Below are positions 1-8,701 of a DNA stretch of 64,000 bases, one piece after another (positions within the stretch are counted from its first letter, which is position 1; each line of letters starts with the position of its first letter). Source of the DNA: a virus; IMG/VR virus record IMGVR_UViG_3300034355_001150, positions 1 to 64,000 of that record; one strand, given 5' to 3'. The translations under genes were made by a program, and so were the position numbers. The notes beneath the pieces are model-generated. The model was given only the letters and a program-made list of their open reading frames with translations, searched no databases and was not told the DNA's origin.

Positions 1-25
1 AGAAGCAGTTACCACCGTATCCCAT
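1..25 (-). CDS. 5' end of a second copy of the DNA methyltransferase gene (runs off the window edge)
   Basis: ATG at 25 gives MGYGGNCF, identical to the start of 949..1791. Confidence 0.6.
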
Positions 26-127
26 TACAAATCTCCGAATAAGTTATTCTTCTGTAGTTTCGGTGAGTTCTTCGGTTTTTTCCGGCAAGGAATGACCATT
101 TTCATGAAATAGCCTCTCCATAACATT
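1..127. repeat. Exact 127-bp direct repeat, copy 1 (copy 2 at 1767-1893)
   Basis: Identical to 1767-1893; covers the end of the 98-aa gene, the intergenic spacer and the MTase start. Confidence 0.95.
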
Positions 128-139
128 AACCATGTGAGA

Positions 140-168
140 ATTGTACATAATGTTTTCCTAAATGTCAA
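140..168 (-). promoter_or_regulatory. Sigma70-type early promoter
   Basis: TTGACA-N17-TACAAT on the minus strand, directed at the duplicated MTase start. Confidence 0.75.
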
Positions 169-175
169 TCTTTTT

Positions 176-949
176 TTAATATTTTATCATTTTTATGGTT
201 TTTATGTTGGCAAATCCACTAAAGCGACAATGAACATTTATAACATCAATACAGTCCGTTAATCTTTTCTTTACTTTTTGAGCCTCTGGTTCAGTGTTGA
301 CATGAATATATACATACAATCTATGATCGGATGATCCCATATTGGGGGCCGAGTTTCCGTTGAGAATTACGATATTCTCGTTGCTCGCAGACCTGGTCAA
401 CGGAACACATACTCTAAGATCGGACGTGTTACACTGATCTATCTTGAACTCTCTAACTAGATTATCAGTTACGCTTAGTTCTGTTGCAACTCTGAGATGG
501 CCGCTTTTTGGCAAGAATCCCAATGTTGTGTCCTCTCCACTAACAAATCGCAATCCATCAGTGCCACCTTTGTTGACGATAACTACACCAAAAGTTGATC
601 CAACTCCTGCAAAATGTTTCGCAATAGATGTAACATCAGCTAAACTACTGTATCTATTAAATATATTCCAAAGTCTTGTTTCTTCATGAAGTTTATCTGG
701 CACTTTAAAATCATCCGAAGGCGAAGTCCAAGAAGTCGGTGTAATCAAAGATATTATCCCATTATCTGTCGCAACTTCAATTGATTTAATCCAAAATTTG
801 CTCCATAGATTGCTTGCCTGATCCTTCCTCTTGCCCCCCGCTTTGGTGCTTTGGAACGGAGGATTACCTACCACTATGTCAAATTTCATATCTGTTTCCC
901 ATGTCAAAAAGTCGGCTCTGATTACGTTCTTGAACCGGCCATGCAACAT
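176..949 (-). CDS. C-terminal half of an amino-DNA methyltransferase (NPPF motif plus alternative target-recognition region; lacks SAM-binding motif I)
   Basis: MLHGRFKNVIRADFLTWETDMKFDIVVGNPPF identical to an internal segment of the upstream MTase; ATG overlaps the upstream TGA (TGATG). Confidence 0.8.
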   Translation of the reverse strand: MLHGRFKNVIRADFLTWETDMKFDIVVGNPPFQSTKAGGKRKDQASNLWSKFWIKSIEVATDNGIISLITPTSWTSPSDDFKVPDKLHEETRLWNIFNRYSSLADVTSIAKHFAGVGSTFGVVIVNKGGTDGLRFVSGEDTTLGFLPKSGHLRVATELSVTDNLVREFKIDQCNTSDLRVCVPLTRSASNENIVILNGNSAPNMGSSDHRLYVYIHVNTEPEAQKVKKRLTDCIDVINVHCRFSGFANIKTIKMIKY

Positions 950-951
950 CA
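861..951. repeat. 91-bp near-identical repeat, copy 1 (copy 2 at 1457-1547)
   Basis: 4 mismatches, all synonymous third positions; encodes the segment leading into NPPF. Confidence 0.95.
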
Positions 952-1791
952 ATTTTCAATATATATTTTTATCAGATCATGCTTTGATAGACATGGCATA
1001 CCAACAGTTTCACATGCTGCTCGCCTGAGTAAAGGATACAATCTTTTTAATTTTTCCGTTACGTCGTCATTAGCAACTCTTAAAAAGTAATGATCTGCTT
1101 TGTAGTGTAGGAAATTTTCAGTCTTAACTTTTGCACATGGTCCATTTCCAACCCGACCAACAAAAACATTCGCTTCAGATTTATCAACGAATTTAAAATC
1201 CCGATGAGTAGTGAATCGTTCATGTATCGCTCTTTTTTCCGACTCAACTCGCCAGTGTTGCCAACATGTAATAATACCGCCACCAAATGAGCTATCAGGG
1301 TTATCGTGATCCTGTATCAAGTGTAAATGCCTATCAATTCGATTAACGTATGATATTTTACGCATAGTTTTGGGCAAAATCATATAAATTTCGTCGGAAA
1401 AGTTTTTTGCATGATTTAGGAATTTCATAGCTAAATTGGCATTTTTTCCAAAAGGTGGATTGCCTACCACGATGTCAAATTTCATATCTGTTTCCCATGT
1501 CAAAAAGTCGGCTCTGATGACATTCTTGAACCGGCCATGCAACATCATGCGATTAGTTGCCCATATTGCCTTATCAAGAACATATATGCGATTATTTATG
1601 TAATCATCTTCAAAGCCTAATTTTCGCATTCGGCGAACGATCACTATCGACTCAGTTCCATATCCACAAGCAACATTCAGTATCTTAATATCTGGATTTA
1701 GAAATACCTCATCGGGTATTTTGTCAATGATTTCTGTCCACAAATCAATACTATCGGGATCGCCCAAGAAGCAGTTACCACCGTATCCCAT
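949..1791 (-). CDS. N6-adenine/N4-cytosine DNA methyltransferase (motif I then motif IV then TRD)
   Basis: Motif I ILNVACGYG, ADFL, motif IV FDIVVGNPPF, variable C-terminal region. Confidence 0.85.
   Translation of the reverse strand: MGYGGNCFLGDPDSIDLWTEIIDKIPDEVFLNPDIKILNVACGYGTESIVIVRRMRKLGFEDDYINNRIYVLDKAIWATNRMMLHGRFKNVIRADFLTWETDMKFDIVVGNPPFGKNANLAMKFLNHAKNFSDEIYMILPKTMRKISYVNRIDRHLHLIQDHDNPDSSFGGGIITCWQHWRVESEKRAIHERFTTHRDFKFVDKSEANVFVGRVGNGPCAKVKTENFLHYKADHYFLRVANDDVTEKLKRLYPLLRRAACETVGMPCLSKHDLIKIYIEN
1457..1547. repeat. 91-bp near-identical repeat, copy 2
   Basis: Matches 861-951. Confidence 0.95.
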
Positions 1792-1893
1792 TACAAATCT
1801 CCGAATAAGTTATTCTTCTGTAGTTTCGGTGAGTTCTTCGGTTTTTTCCGGCAAGGAATGACCATTTTCATGAAATAGCCTCTCCATAACATT
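1767..1893. repeat. Exact 127-bp direct repeat, copy 2
   Basis: Matches 1-127. Confidence 0.95.
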
Positions 1894-2106
1894 TTTATAA
1901 TGTTCGTAGTAATAGCCCACGATAGTATCCCAATCTTTTGATACCACACTACTATCAATAATAGCTTTAATGATTTTTTGATCTCTAAAGTCCATAATCA
2001 GATTGGCTTCTGATACATCTTTAGTCTTCAGATTTTTCAGAATCTTAACAGACTCATCAAATTGACCATTCGCTTTTTTATAATATGTAATTGAAAAATA
2101 TCTCAT
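1810..2106 (-). CDS. Hypothetical phage protein
   Basis: 98-aa ORF with AAGG SD-like site, in operon with the clamp loader. Confidence 0.8.
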   Translation of the reverse strand: MRYFSITYYKKANGQFDESVKILKNLKTKDVSEANLIMDFRDQKIIKAIIDSSVVSKDWDTIVGYYYEHYKNVMERLFHENGHSLPEKTEELTETTEE

Positions 2107-2130
2107 TTTTTACCTTTGGTTATATTGTTT

Positions 2131-3057
2131 TTAAGAACGTGTTAGTTGAGCTAATTCTACCAGCGTTGCGCTCAGATTTATTTCCTGATCGCTGATGAAC
2201 GGCACGTTTACCAATCCATTTCGTATGATGATGATAGCTTCATCTTGTTTATAAACATCCGTTGTCCATAAGTCCAAGTTATCATAACACCACCTGAATA
2301 TCTCTTCCATTTCATCTTGTCTCGCCGATGAACAGATTAGTTTTCTTGCTTCGGTTGGTTTACCTGACTTGAATAGCTCAACAGCCGATAACTTCCAATC
2401 GGAAGAAGAACGATCATTTTCACGTGGGCTAATCAGTTTTCCACCGGTTGAATTCATTTGCAGATTGTTGAGGCATTTTCTTAAATCAGGATAAGTGGAC
2501 CTAACATAATTGTCCAAAGTATCCAAATCAAAATCAACACCTTCTTCTACAAGAACAGTAGCTACTCTGGCTGTAAACTCGGTTGCATCAAGTTTATCAA
2601 TATGGAAGCCTTGGCACCTAGAATGGATAGCCGGAATAATTTTATGAGGGTAGTTGCACGTAAGGATGAATCGTGCTGTTTGATGATATGCTTCCATCAT
2701 GTGGCGCATACTTGCCTGTGCATTTGGTGTACAAAAATCAAACTCGTCAAGTAATACTACCTTGAAATCGCCGAAAGGCATTGTTTGAACGAAATTCGTG
2801 ATTTTATCGCGGATAGTGTCAATACCATTTTCCCTTGAGGCATTGATTTCCATAAAATCAAATGGGTCAACTTCTAATAGATTGACGAGAATTTTGGCAA
2901 GTGTTGTTTTTCCGCAACCTGGACCACCCGACAACAACACCTGGGGGATAGATTTTTCTTTAACCCAGCCCTCAATCGTTTCTTTTTGAGCTTGATCAGC
3001 GAAAACATAACCGTCCAATGTTGACGGACGATGACTTTCAACCCATAGTTTTGACAT
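2131..3057 (-). CDS. Sliding-clamp loader small subunit (RFC / T4 gp44-like AAA+ ATPase)
   Basis: LWVESHRP N-terminus, Walker A GGPGCGKT, INAS, Walker B VLLDEFD, SRC motif, DLRK. Confidence 0.95.
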   Translation of the reverse strand: MSKLWVESHRPSTLDGYVFADQAQKETIEGWVKEKSIPQVLLSGGPGCGKTTLAKILVNLLEVDPFDFMEINASRENGIDTIRDKITNFVQTMPFGDFKVVLLDEFDFCTPNAQASMRHMMEAYHQTARFILTCNYPHKIIPAIHSRCQGFHIDKLDATEFTARVATVLVEEGVDFDLDTLDNYVRSTYPDLRKCLNNLQMNSTGGKLISPRENDRSSSDWKLSAVELFKSGKPTEARKLICSSARQDEMEEIFRWCYDNLDLWTTDVYKQDEAIIIIRNGLVNVPFISDQEINLSATLVELAQLTRS

Positions 3058-3086
3058 AAAATAACCTCATTGTGATAGTAGCACTT

Positions 3087-3115
3087 AGTCTACACTACCA
3101 TAATGAGGTTGTCAA
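3087..3115 (-). promoter_or_regulatory. Sigma70-type promoter for the clamp loader
   Basis: TTGACA-N17-TAGACT. Confidence 0.55.
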
Positions 3116-3120
3116 GCGTT

Positions 3121-3504
3121 TTAATTAGAAGATTTTGCTACGTGAACTGCTGTGCTCATCGTATCATCCTGAGGCGATTCATCACTGACCAACATAATAT
3201 CATTTGGATCTACTTTTCTAACGGTTTTTACTCCCGACTCGTCTTCTATCTCAATTCCGCGAGTCCATCTTCCATGACCAACTAAAATCCAATCACCCAC
3301 ACTAATCTCTTTTTGCTTTGGTCCGATTGCATATACTCGGCCCCATCTTGGTCTGATTCCCAAACTTGTTCCGTTGTCATTAAGCAACACCAAGCCTGAT
3401 TGAGTGATTCGCTCATCAAACACCATGCTTTCAACGATAACATCATTGTTGATAGCTTCAAAATTTTTATAGACTATTTTATGAGGCGAGAAGGCTGCTG
3501 TCAT
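3121..3504 (-). CDS. Phage-type co-chaperonin (GroES/Cpn10-like)
   Basis: ITQSGLVL, GRVYAIGP, ISVGDWIL pattern of the Cpn10 family. Confidence 0.8.
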   Translation of the reverse strand: MTAAFSPHKIVYKNFEAINNDVIVESMVFDERITQSGLVLLNDNGTSLGIRPRWGRVYAIGPKQKEISVGDWILVGHGRWTRGIEIEDESGVKTVRKVDPNDIMLVSDESPQDDTMSTAVHVAKSSN

Positions 3505-4025
3505 TTTGATCTCCTCGTTCTTGCAATCGCCGCAGCTAACCCAGATAGATTCTCAATAGGTTCCTCAATATCATCTTCCATTTCAATAGCAAGGAGTTCT
3601 TCTTTTTCTATATCACTTAGCGATTCTATCATCTGATCGGCAATCGCCTCAATTTGTTCATCCGCATTGATCGTTGAAAAATCAACATCTTGCAACGAAA
3701 TCTCTTGTGGTTGATCATCTACATAGTCAATCTCAGGAAGCTTGGGCAATACCGGCATATTGATTAGCTCTTTTTCAGCTAGCTCAATGAGCTTCTTGAT
3801 AGTAGGCGATGGTGGCACCTCGCGCATATACAATTTCTTACTATTCTGTTCCTTGTTTTTCAATAAACGACCATGCCGAGCTTCTTCTGGCTTTTTGTCA
3901 CCGACCATTTTTTTCTTTTTGTCGCCCTTCATATTACCAACAGCGGTGACATTTTCTTGTTTTAATGTCAACGCACCAAAATCCAAGGACTTTCCATTTG
4001 CTGTTCTATATACTCTGTCTGACAT
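3501..4025 (-). CDS. Hypothetical phage protein, acidic C-terminus
   Basis: 174-aa ORF overlapping the next gene by 4 nt. Confidence 0.75.
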   Translation of the reverse strand: MSDRVYRTANGKSLDFGALTLKQENVTAVGNMKGDKKKKMVGDKKPEEARHGRLLKNKEQNSKKLYMREVPPSPTIKKLIELAEKELINMPVLPKLPEIDYVDDQPQEISLQDVDFSTINADEQIEAIADQMIESLSDIEKEELLAIEMEDDIEEPIENLSGLAAAIARTRRSK

Positions 4026-4029
4026 ATTT

Positions 4030-4518
4030 TTACCTTAAAAAATCTTTGATATCTAAATCATATTCAATTGAATTGATTTTATGTAGTCCTATCTTAAATA
4101 GAACATACGAACTAACGCTTGATCCTCTGCCTACCCCCCAAATAATATTGTTATCTCTCATTAAATCAACCAGATATACCATATATTTAAGCACGTCTAA
4201 TAGATTTTTTTCTTTATATAGGATCAATTCTGAATTGCATCGCTCAATCTCTTGATTATTGATGCATTTGTCTATTATGTATCTTTTTATATCAAGGTCT
4301 TTATATTTTTCAGGCATACGCCATTCAGCTTGATTTTTTTCATCAAACTCTTTTTGACTTATTGTGATGGGCTGATATAGTTGACAATTGAGTAAACTTG
4401 CATTTAACTCATCATCAACTATACATCTGGAGAGATCAACGAAGCTTCGTCCTCTCATTAGTAGGTCAATAAGATCAAATTCATTTAAAATGAATTGATC
4501 ATAGTCGTCTCGGTTCAC
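4030..4518 (-). CDS. DNA polymerase III alpha (DnaE) fragment; split C-family polymerase
   Basis: ERCNSEL..Y, WGVGRGSSVSSYVLFKIG, KINSIEYDL..DFLR; ends just before where PDID would be. Confidence 0.85.
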   Translation of the reverse strand: MNRDDYDQFILNEFDLIDLLMRGRSFVDLSRCIVDDELNASLLNCQLYQPITISQKEFDEKNQAEWRMPEKYKDLDIKRYIIDKCINNQEIERCNSELILYKEKNLLDVLKYMVYLVDLMRDNNIIWGVGRGSSVSSYVLFKIGLHKINSIEYDLDIKDFLR

Positions 4519-4739
4519 TGAATATCAATTACTTCGTCAAATAATTTGTTTGTTTCTTTCGTTAAACGATCATTGTATTCGCTCTGATAATTCACTAGGG
4601 CCAATCTGATCTGATTGCATAATTGTGCATTACCTGATCGCATAGCGAAAGTTAATTTTTTTCCTAACTCTGCTATTTTAGCAGAGATTTCATCACTCGT
4701 CAAGTCAGATAGGCTACCTATCAATGGATGGTCCATCAT
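4515..4739 (-). CDS. Hypothetical protein (MMDHPLIG...)
   Basis: ATG at 4739 overlaps the upstream stop (ATGA). Confidence 0.7.
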   Translation of the reverse strand: MMDHPLIGSLSDLTSDEISAKIAELGKKLTFAMRSGNAQLCNQIRLALVNYQSEYNDRLTKETNKLFDEVIDIQ

Positions 4740-5623
4740 AAAATGAGAGCACCGTTGTTGCCTACACAGAACCAACGTCCATTAGTGTATCTTAGTGTAC
4801 ATCCACTGCCCAATGTTGTCAAGCTAATTGAACCAGGCGTTGATGTTGCCCATCCGGCATTGGTTACCTGAATTGTCACTGTTCCGCCACCTGTGCTTTC
4901 AAGAACAAAGATTTTTGTCAAGCCTTCAATTCCCGCTGGCAACATAACATTTGTGTTTCCATTGATTGAGATTCTTGAAGTCGTGACTGCTAAATTGGCT
5001 GTTCCACCGGGCGCTAAACTCTCGCTTGTTGCATTAAATGGTTGAAGAACGGTATTTGTCTGAAATACTGTCATAGCAAAACCGCCATTGATGGTTAATA
5101 ACTTAAAGTTATATACACCCGTTGCGACAAACGTGATCGTATTTGTGATCGGATTTAATCCTACAATCCCACGATTGTTGACATTTGCAGCCGTTGGTAA
5201 AGTTACAGTATGAGCAACATTGCTAACAAGAATAGCTAATTCAATTTCGGCAGCAACACCGGCTGCTGGTAAATTCTGAATCTGTAGATTGATTGGACCA
5301 GCGGTAGTGATTGCTTGATAAGGTCCAGCTAAAAAGTCAACATTGACCGCACCAGAACGATTGCCCAAAATAACCACGGTGCCGGTAAACCCTTGAATTT
5401 GAGCATTACTTATAATCGTGCCCATCATGTCATTGTTGATTGTTTGACCAGATAATGGTGATTTTAACACAACGTTGTTCTGAAGTTGCGTTATTTCATC
5501 TGCACAATATTGAAAATTAACTTTTGTTGCTGTGAAGTTGTCCCGAAATCCTTGAGAAGAATTATTTTGTCCGGCAACTGGATATGCACCATCAATTTCT
5601 GATGGGTTTATTAATGAAGTCAT
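4736..5623 (-). CDS. Putative virion structural protein
   Basis: Start at 5623 after GGAG SD and late promoter; YPVAGQNNSSQGFRDNF N-terminal motif, beta-rich body. Confidence 0.7.
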   Translation of the reverse strand: MTSLINPSEIDGAYPVAGQNNSSQGFRDNFTATKVNFQYCADEITQLQNNVVLKSPLSGQTINNDMMGTIISNAQIQGFTGTVVILGNRSGAVNVDFLAGPYQAITTAGPINLQIQNLPAAGVAAEIELAILVSNVAHTVTLPTAANVNNRGIVGLNPITNTITFVATGVYNFKLLTINGGFAMTVFQTNTVLQPFNATSESLAPGGTANLAVTTSRISINGNTNVMLPAGIEGLTKIFVLESTGGGTVTIQVTNAGWATSTPGSISLTTLGSGCTLRYTNGRWFCVGNNGALIL

Positions 5624-5643
5624 TTTGTTCTCCGTATTGAGTA

Positions 5644-5651
5644 TATTTATC
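5644..5651 (-). promoter_or_regulatory. T4-like late promoter
   Basis: GATAAATA upstream of the 5623 start. Confidence 0.65.
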
Positions 5652-8600
5652 ACGCACCAATAGGCGTGGTGATGTTCCTCTTAGGGAACAACAAGTATTG
5701 ATTAAACCTATCATCTGGGCAATATTCATCTACGGGAGCAATAAACTCCATACTACCATGATCAAATATTGTCGGCGTAGTTGTAAATTTGGGAATAGGT
5801 TCCCATTGAATATATAAATTATCACCAGTTTGAGTGCTCGGAACATACAGATATTGTCCATTTTTCCGTCTGCCATTTATTATTTCAACATAATCGTAAG
5901 TTGTGGTATTCTCAACCAATTCAAGTTGAACTATATTTCCAGGCATTATGTTTATCTTCCATATACCCATTCTTTCATTAGGTATAAGTGGATTTTTTCC
6001 GTTAGCAATTTGACCGGGAATAATATATGCTTCGTCAAACAGATGATCACCATATCCAGAATAATCATAAGGATAATTGTAATCGGTCCACGCTAATGTA
6101 TCTGATAATGGTCCCGGATATTTCGCCCAATCTGGATTGACGAAATCCTGTTGTTTTTCAAAAATAAGAGTTTTTCCATGAGAGAATACACTTATTGGCC
6201 CATCAATTCCACCCAAAGCATTGATATCATCAATAGAACACATATTGATGTCAACAAATGGCAATATCGTAGCATAATCCACCGTACCGATATAATTTAA
6301 CGGTAAACTGAATCCTTCGGCATCAAATGTAGTTTGAGATGGTTTTGGCACCCATTTTTTTAATATAGGGTCCCAATGAATACTCAGAGTATGATCCAAT
6401 TCATATCTGTCTGCCTCAAAATCTATTAAGTTGAGAGGCTTTCTCATTTTTGTTTGAATATTATAGGCTATTTGTCCACTTTCGCCGGGTTTAGTGTATG
6501 CTAATACCCACGCTGGAGTAAATCCAAGTACCGTTCCGTTTTCTTGTGGACTTAGCATCCATCTGGGCAACATTGGACTGATTTGACCAACATTGTCAAT
6601 CACTTGATCGCGCATATCTTCCAATCCATTTGGATAAACCACCAATGTTTTTGCAGAATCTATTTGAGATGGATTGGTGAATGGAGCGCAGTCGGCTGTT
6701 ACAAAGTAGTTATCTACGGTAACCATGGTTGAATCGGCGCGACGATCAAATCCCTCAATCGGAATGGGATAAGGAAGCGTTACTGCACGATTTACCGTTA
6801 TGCCATCGTTATTAACCATCGTGTCGACGACTTGGCTATATACAACTTCGTATAAAACATCGCCGTTACTGTCCAATGCTCTGGCCGTTTTTATTTCTCC
6901 CAACGTAAGTTGTTTCCAATAGTGATTAAACTCCATTGCATTAAGATACGTTTCTCTAGTAGAACTAGTTAATCCAAAAGCATGCCAATAAACAACATCT
7001 TTGGCTACACCAAAGAATGGATCAGTCGGTCTATAGATTGACTTTTTAGGGAATATTTTGGAATCTGTGAGCAATTCTTCAATTTGCCAACGATCATTCA
7101 TCGGAGGCATTGCTTCTATATACAGATTTTCGTATGGTTCATTATAGCATCTCTTTAGCAATATTGAACATTCTCTATCTAAATCAACCTCTCCGTCTAA
7201 TGAATATACATTAACAACAAATTCAAATAGCATATCAAAGGTTGTTTCCGAACATTCTATTCCCGGACACGTTTTACACGCCGCGCAACCTTCGCAACAA
7301 TTATCGCATGTTGCACAGTCACAAGGGCCACACGTTCCAACAACAGGCTCAATATACGGCGAAATGTCAAACGTTGTTGTTCCTTCGTCTATCGCGAACG
7401 TATTAAAACTTGCTCTTCCAGATATATCACCATTAGGCAACAGTTTTAATCCTTGTGGTAGTAAACTATAACTACCGTCTTTTAATTTATACTGAAGTGG
7501 CAGATTGTCATAAGTTTCATCATCAAATCCAGCCACATCGTAAACCGATCCGAATCCTAAAATACCGGGTCCAAGTCGTTCCGCCTTTACATAAAATGTA
7601 CTCACTTCACCATTATCTATGCAACCCAAATAACTTGGTGTTAGCCATCTTACTTGACTGGATATTTCACCAGTGAGTGTCAACGAATAAGTGATTGGTC
7701 CTGTGTTGTATTGTGGATTATCTAATTCATAGGCATAAATTTGGAATTCATAAGTTTCAAAAGACCTTTCGGCTTTTGGTAGATATCCCATCAACCAACC
7801 AGACCATGGCTCCAACAATAATCCCGGCGGTATGGTGTTCTTAATAAGAACACCACCGTTTTCTAATTCAATTGGGTCAATAATATCTTGTAGCTCGTCT
7901 GGGTTCCATGGTTCATATCCCAATTGTTGATCATTGAAGTCAACCGCTTGAAATTGAAATGCAAAGAATGTATCTCCCGGAACTGTGCCAATTGAGCCAG
8001 CGGGTGTAACCATCACAGGTGGCGTATAATTAGATACATCTGCTGTGATAAAAGTATTATCAGCAGTTATGTAAGTATTATCAGCGGTTAATGTATCTCT
8101 GTTATATACATCAATGGTAAACGATCTTAAACTACCACCTGAATTATTCCGAACTTCTAACGTAAATTCATAAGTGGTGATTCTGTCATTATGTGGGTCA
8201 ACATACCCAGTGATTAACCCTTTTTCACTAATCGTAAGTTCAGCCGGTAGTTCTCCGCTAATTAGTGTAATTGTGGAATTTTCATAATCAGTGAATCTGA
8301 TTTGAACTCCTGGATCACGAACAATAGCGCCATCATAAAATTGGCCAACCAACCCAGATTCGGTAATAAATTGAGGAGGTTGCTGTCCAGTTACAGTGAG
8401 GGTGAATGTTCTATCGGATAGATGGTCAATGAATTTGAATCCATTTATATTGCGTTGAGTATATGCTCTAACAGCGAATCTACTTTCAATATTATACTCT
8501 GTGACATTTATGTTGGGTATACCAGCTATTATACCCTTATTATTACACGATACTCCGTTTGGAAGATTTCCTGATATAACCTCGAAAAAAACTGTTTCAT

Positions 8601-8700
8601 TTTTTTCTGGGTCATACGCATTTATAGGTACTTCATAAAAAGTACCTTGAGGTATTACGCCAATACTTCCCGCAGGAGTAATCCAAACAGGTTTTCCCAT
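5650..8700 (-). CDS. Large virion/baseplate protein with putative Ig (He_PIG-like) domains
   Basis: Repeated PxWITPAGSIG and SGxLPxGL...GxIxG Ig-like motifs, TFD/TAD repeats, Cys-rich insert. Confidence 0.7.
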   Translation of the reverse strand: MGKPVWITPAGSIGVIPQGTFYEVPINAYDPEKNETVFFEVISGNLPNGVSCNNKGIIAGIPNINVTEYNIESRFAVRAYTQRNINGFKFIDHLSDRTFTLTVTGQQPPQFITESGLVGQFYDGAIVRDPGVQIRFTDYENSTITLISGELPAELTISEKGLITGYVDPHNDRITTYEFTLEVRNNSGGSLRSFTIDVYNRDTLTADNTYITADNTFITADVSNYTPPVMVTPAGSIGTVPGDTFFAFQFQAVDFNDQQLGYEPWNPDELQDIIDPIELENGGVLIKNTIPPGLLLEPWSGWLMGYLPKAERSFETYEFQIYAYELDNPQYNTGPITYSLTLTGEISSQVRWLTPSYLGCIDNGEVSTFYVKAERLGPGILGFGSVYDVAGFDDETYDNLPLQYKLKDGSYSLLPQGLKLLPNGDISGRASFNTFAIDEGTTTFDISPYIEPVVGTCGPCDCATCDNCCEGCAACKTCPGIECSETTFDMLFEFVVNVYSLDGEVDLDRECSILLKRCYNEPYENLYIEAMPPMNDRWQIEELLTDSKIFPKKSIYRPTDPFFGVAKDVVYWHAFGLTSSTRETYLNAMEFNHYWKQLTLGEIKTARALDSNGDVLYEVVYSQVVDTMVNNDGITVNRAVTLPYPIPIEGFDRRADSTMVTVDNYFVTADCAPFTNPSQIDSAKTLVVYPNGLEDMRDQVIDNVGQISPMLPRWMLSPQENGTVLGFTPAWVLAYTKPGESGQIAYNIQTKMRKPLNLIDFEADRYELDHTLSIHWDPILKKWVPKPSQTTFDAEGFSLPLNYIGTVDYATILPFVDINMCSIDDINALGGIDGPISVFSHGKTLIFEKQQDFVNPDWAKYPGPLSDTLAWTDYNYPYDYSGYGDHLFDEAYIIPGQIANGKNPLIPNERMGIWKINIMPGNIVQLELVENTTTYDYVEIINGRRKNGQYLYVPSTQTGDNLYIQWEPIPKFTTTPTIFDHGSMEFIAPVDEYCPDDRFNQYLLFPKRNITTPIGA

Positions 8701-8701
8701 C

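Noticed and set aside
861-1547. Diversity-generating retroelement template/variable repeat pair
   Set aside because: The mismatches are synonymous and not adenine-specific, and there is no reverse transcriptase in the window.
4030-4100. Split intein on the DnaE fragment
   Set aside because: The protein ends in native DnaE sequence with no Cys/Ser-initiated intein block.
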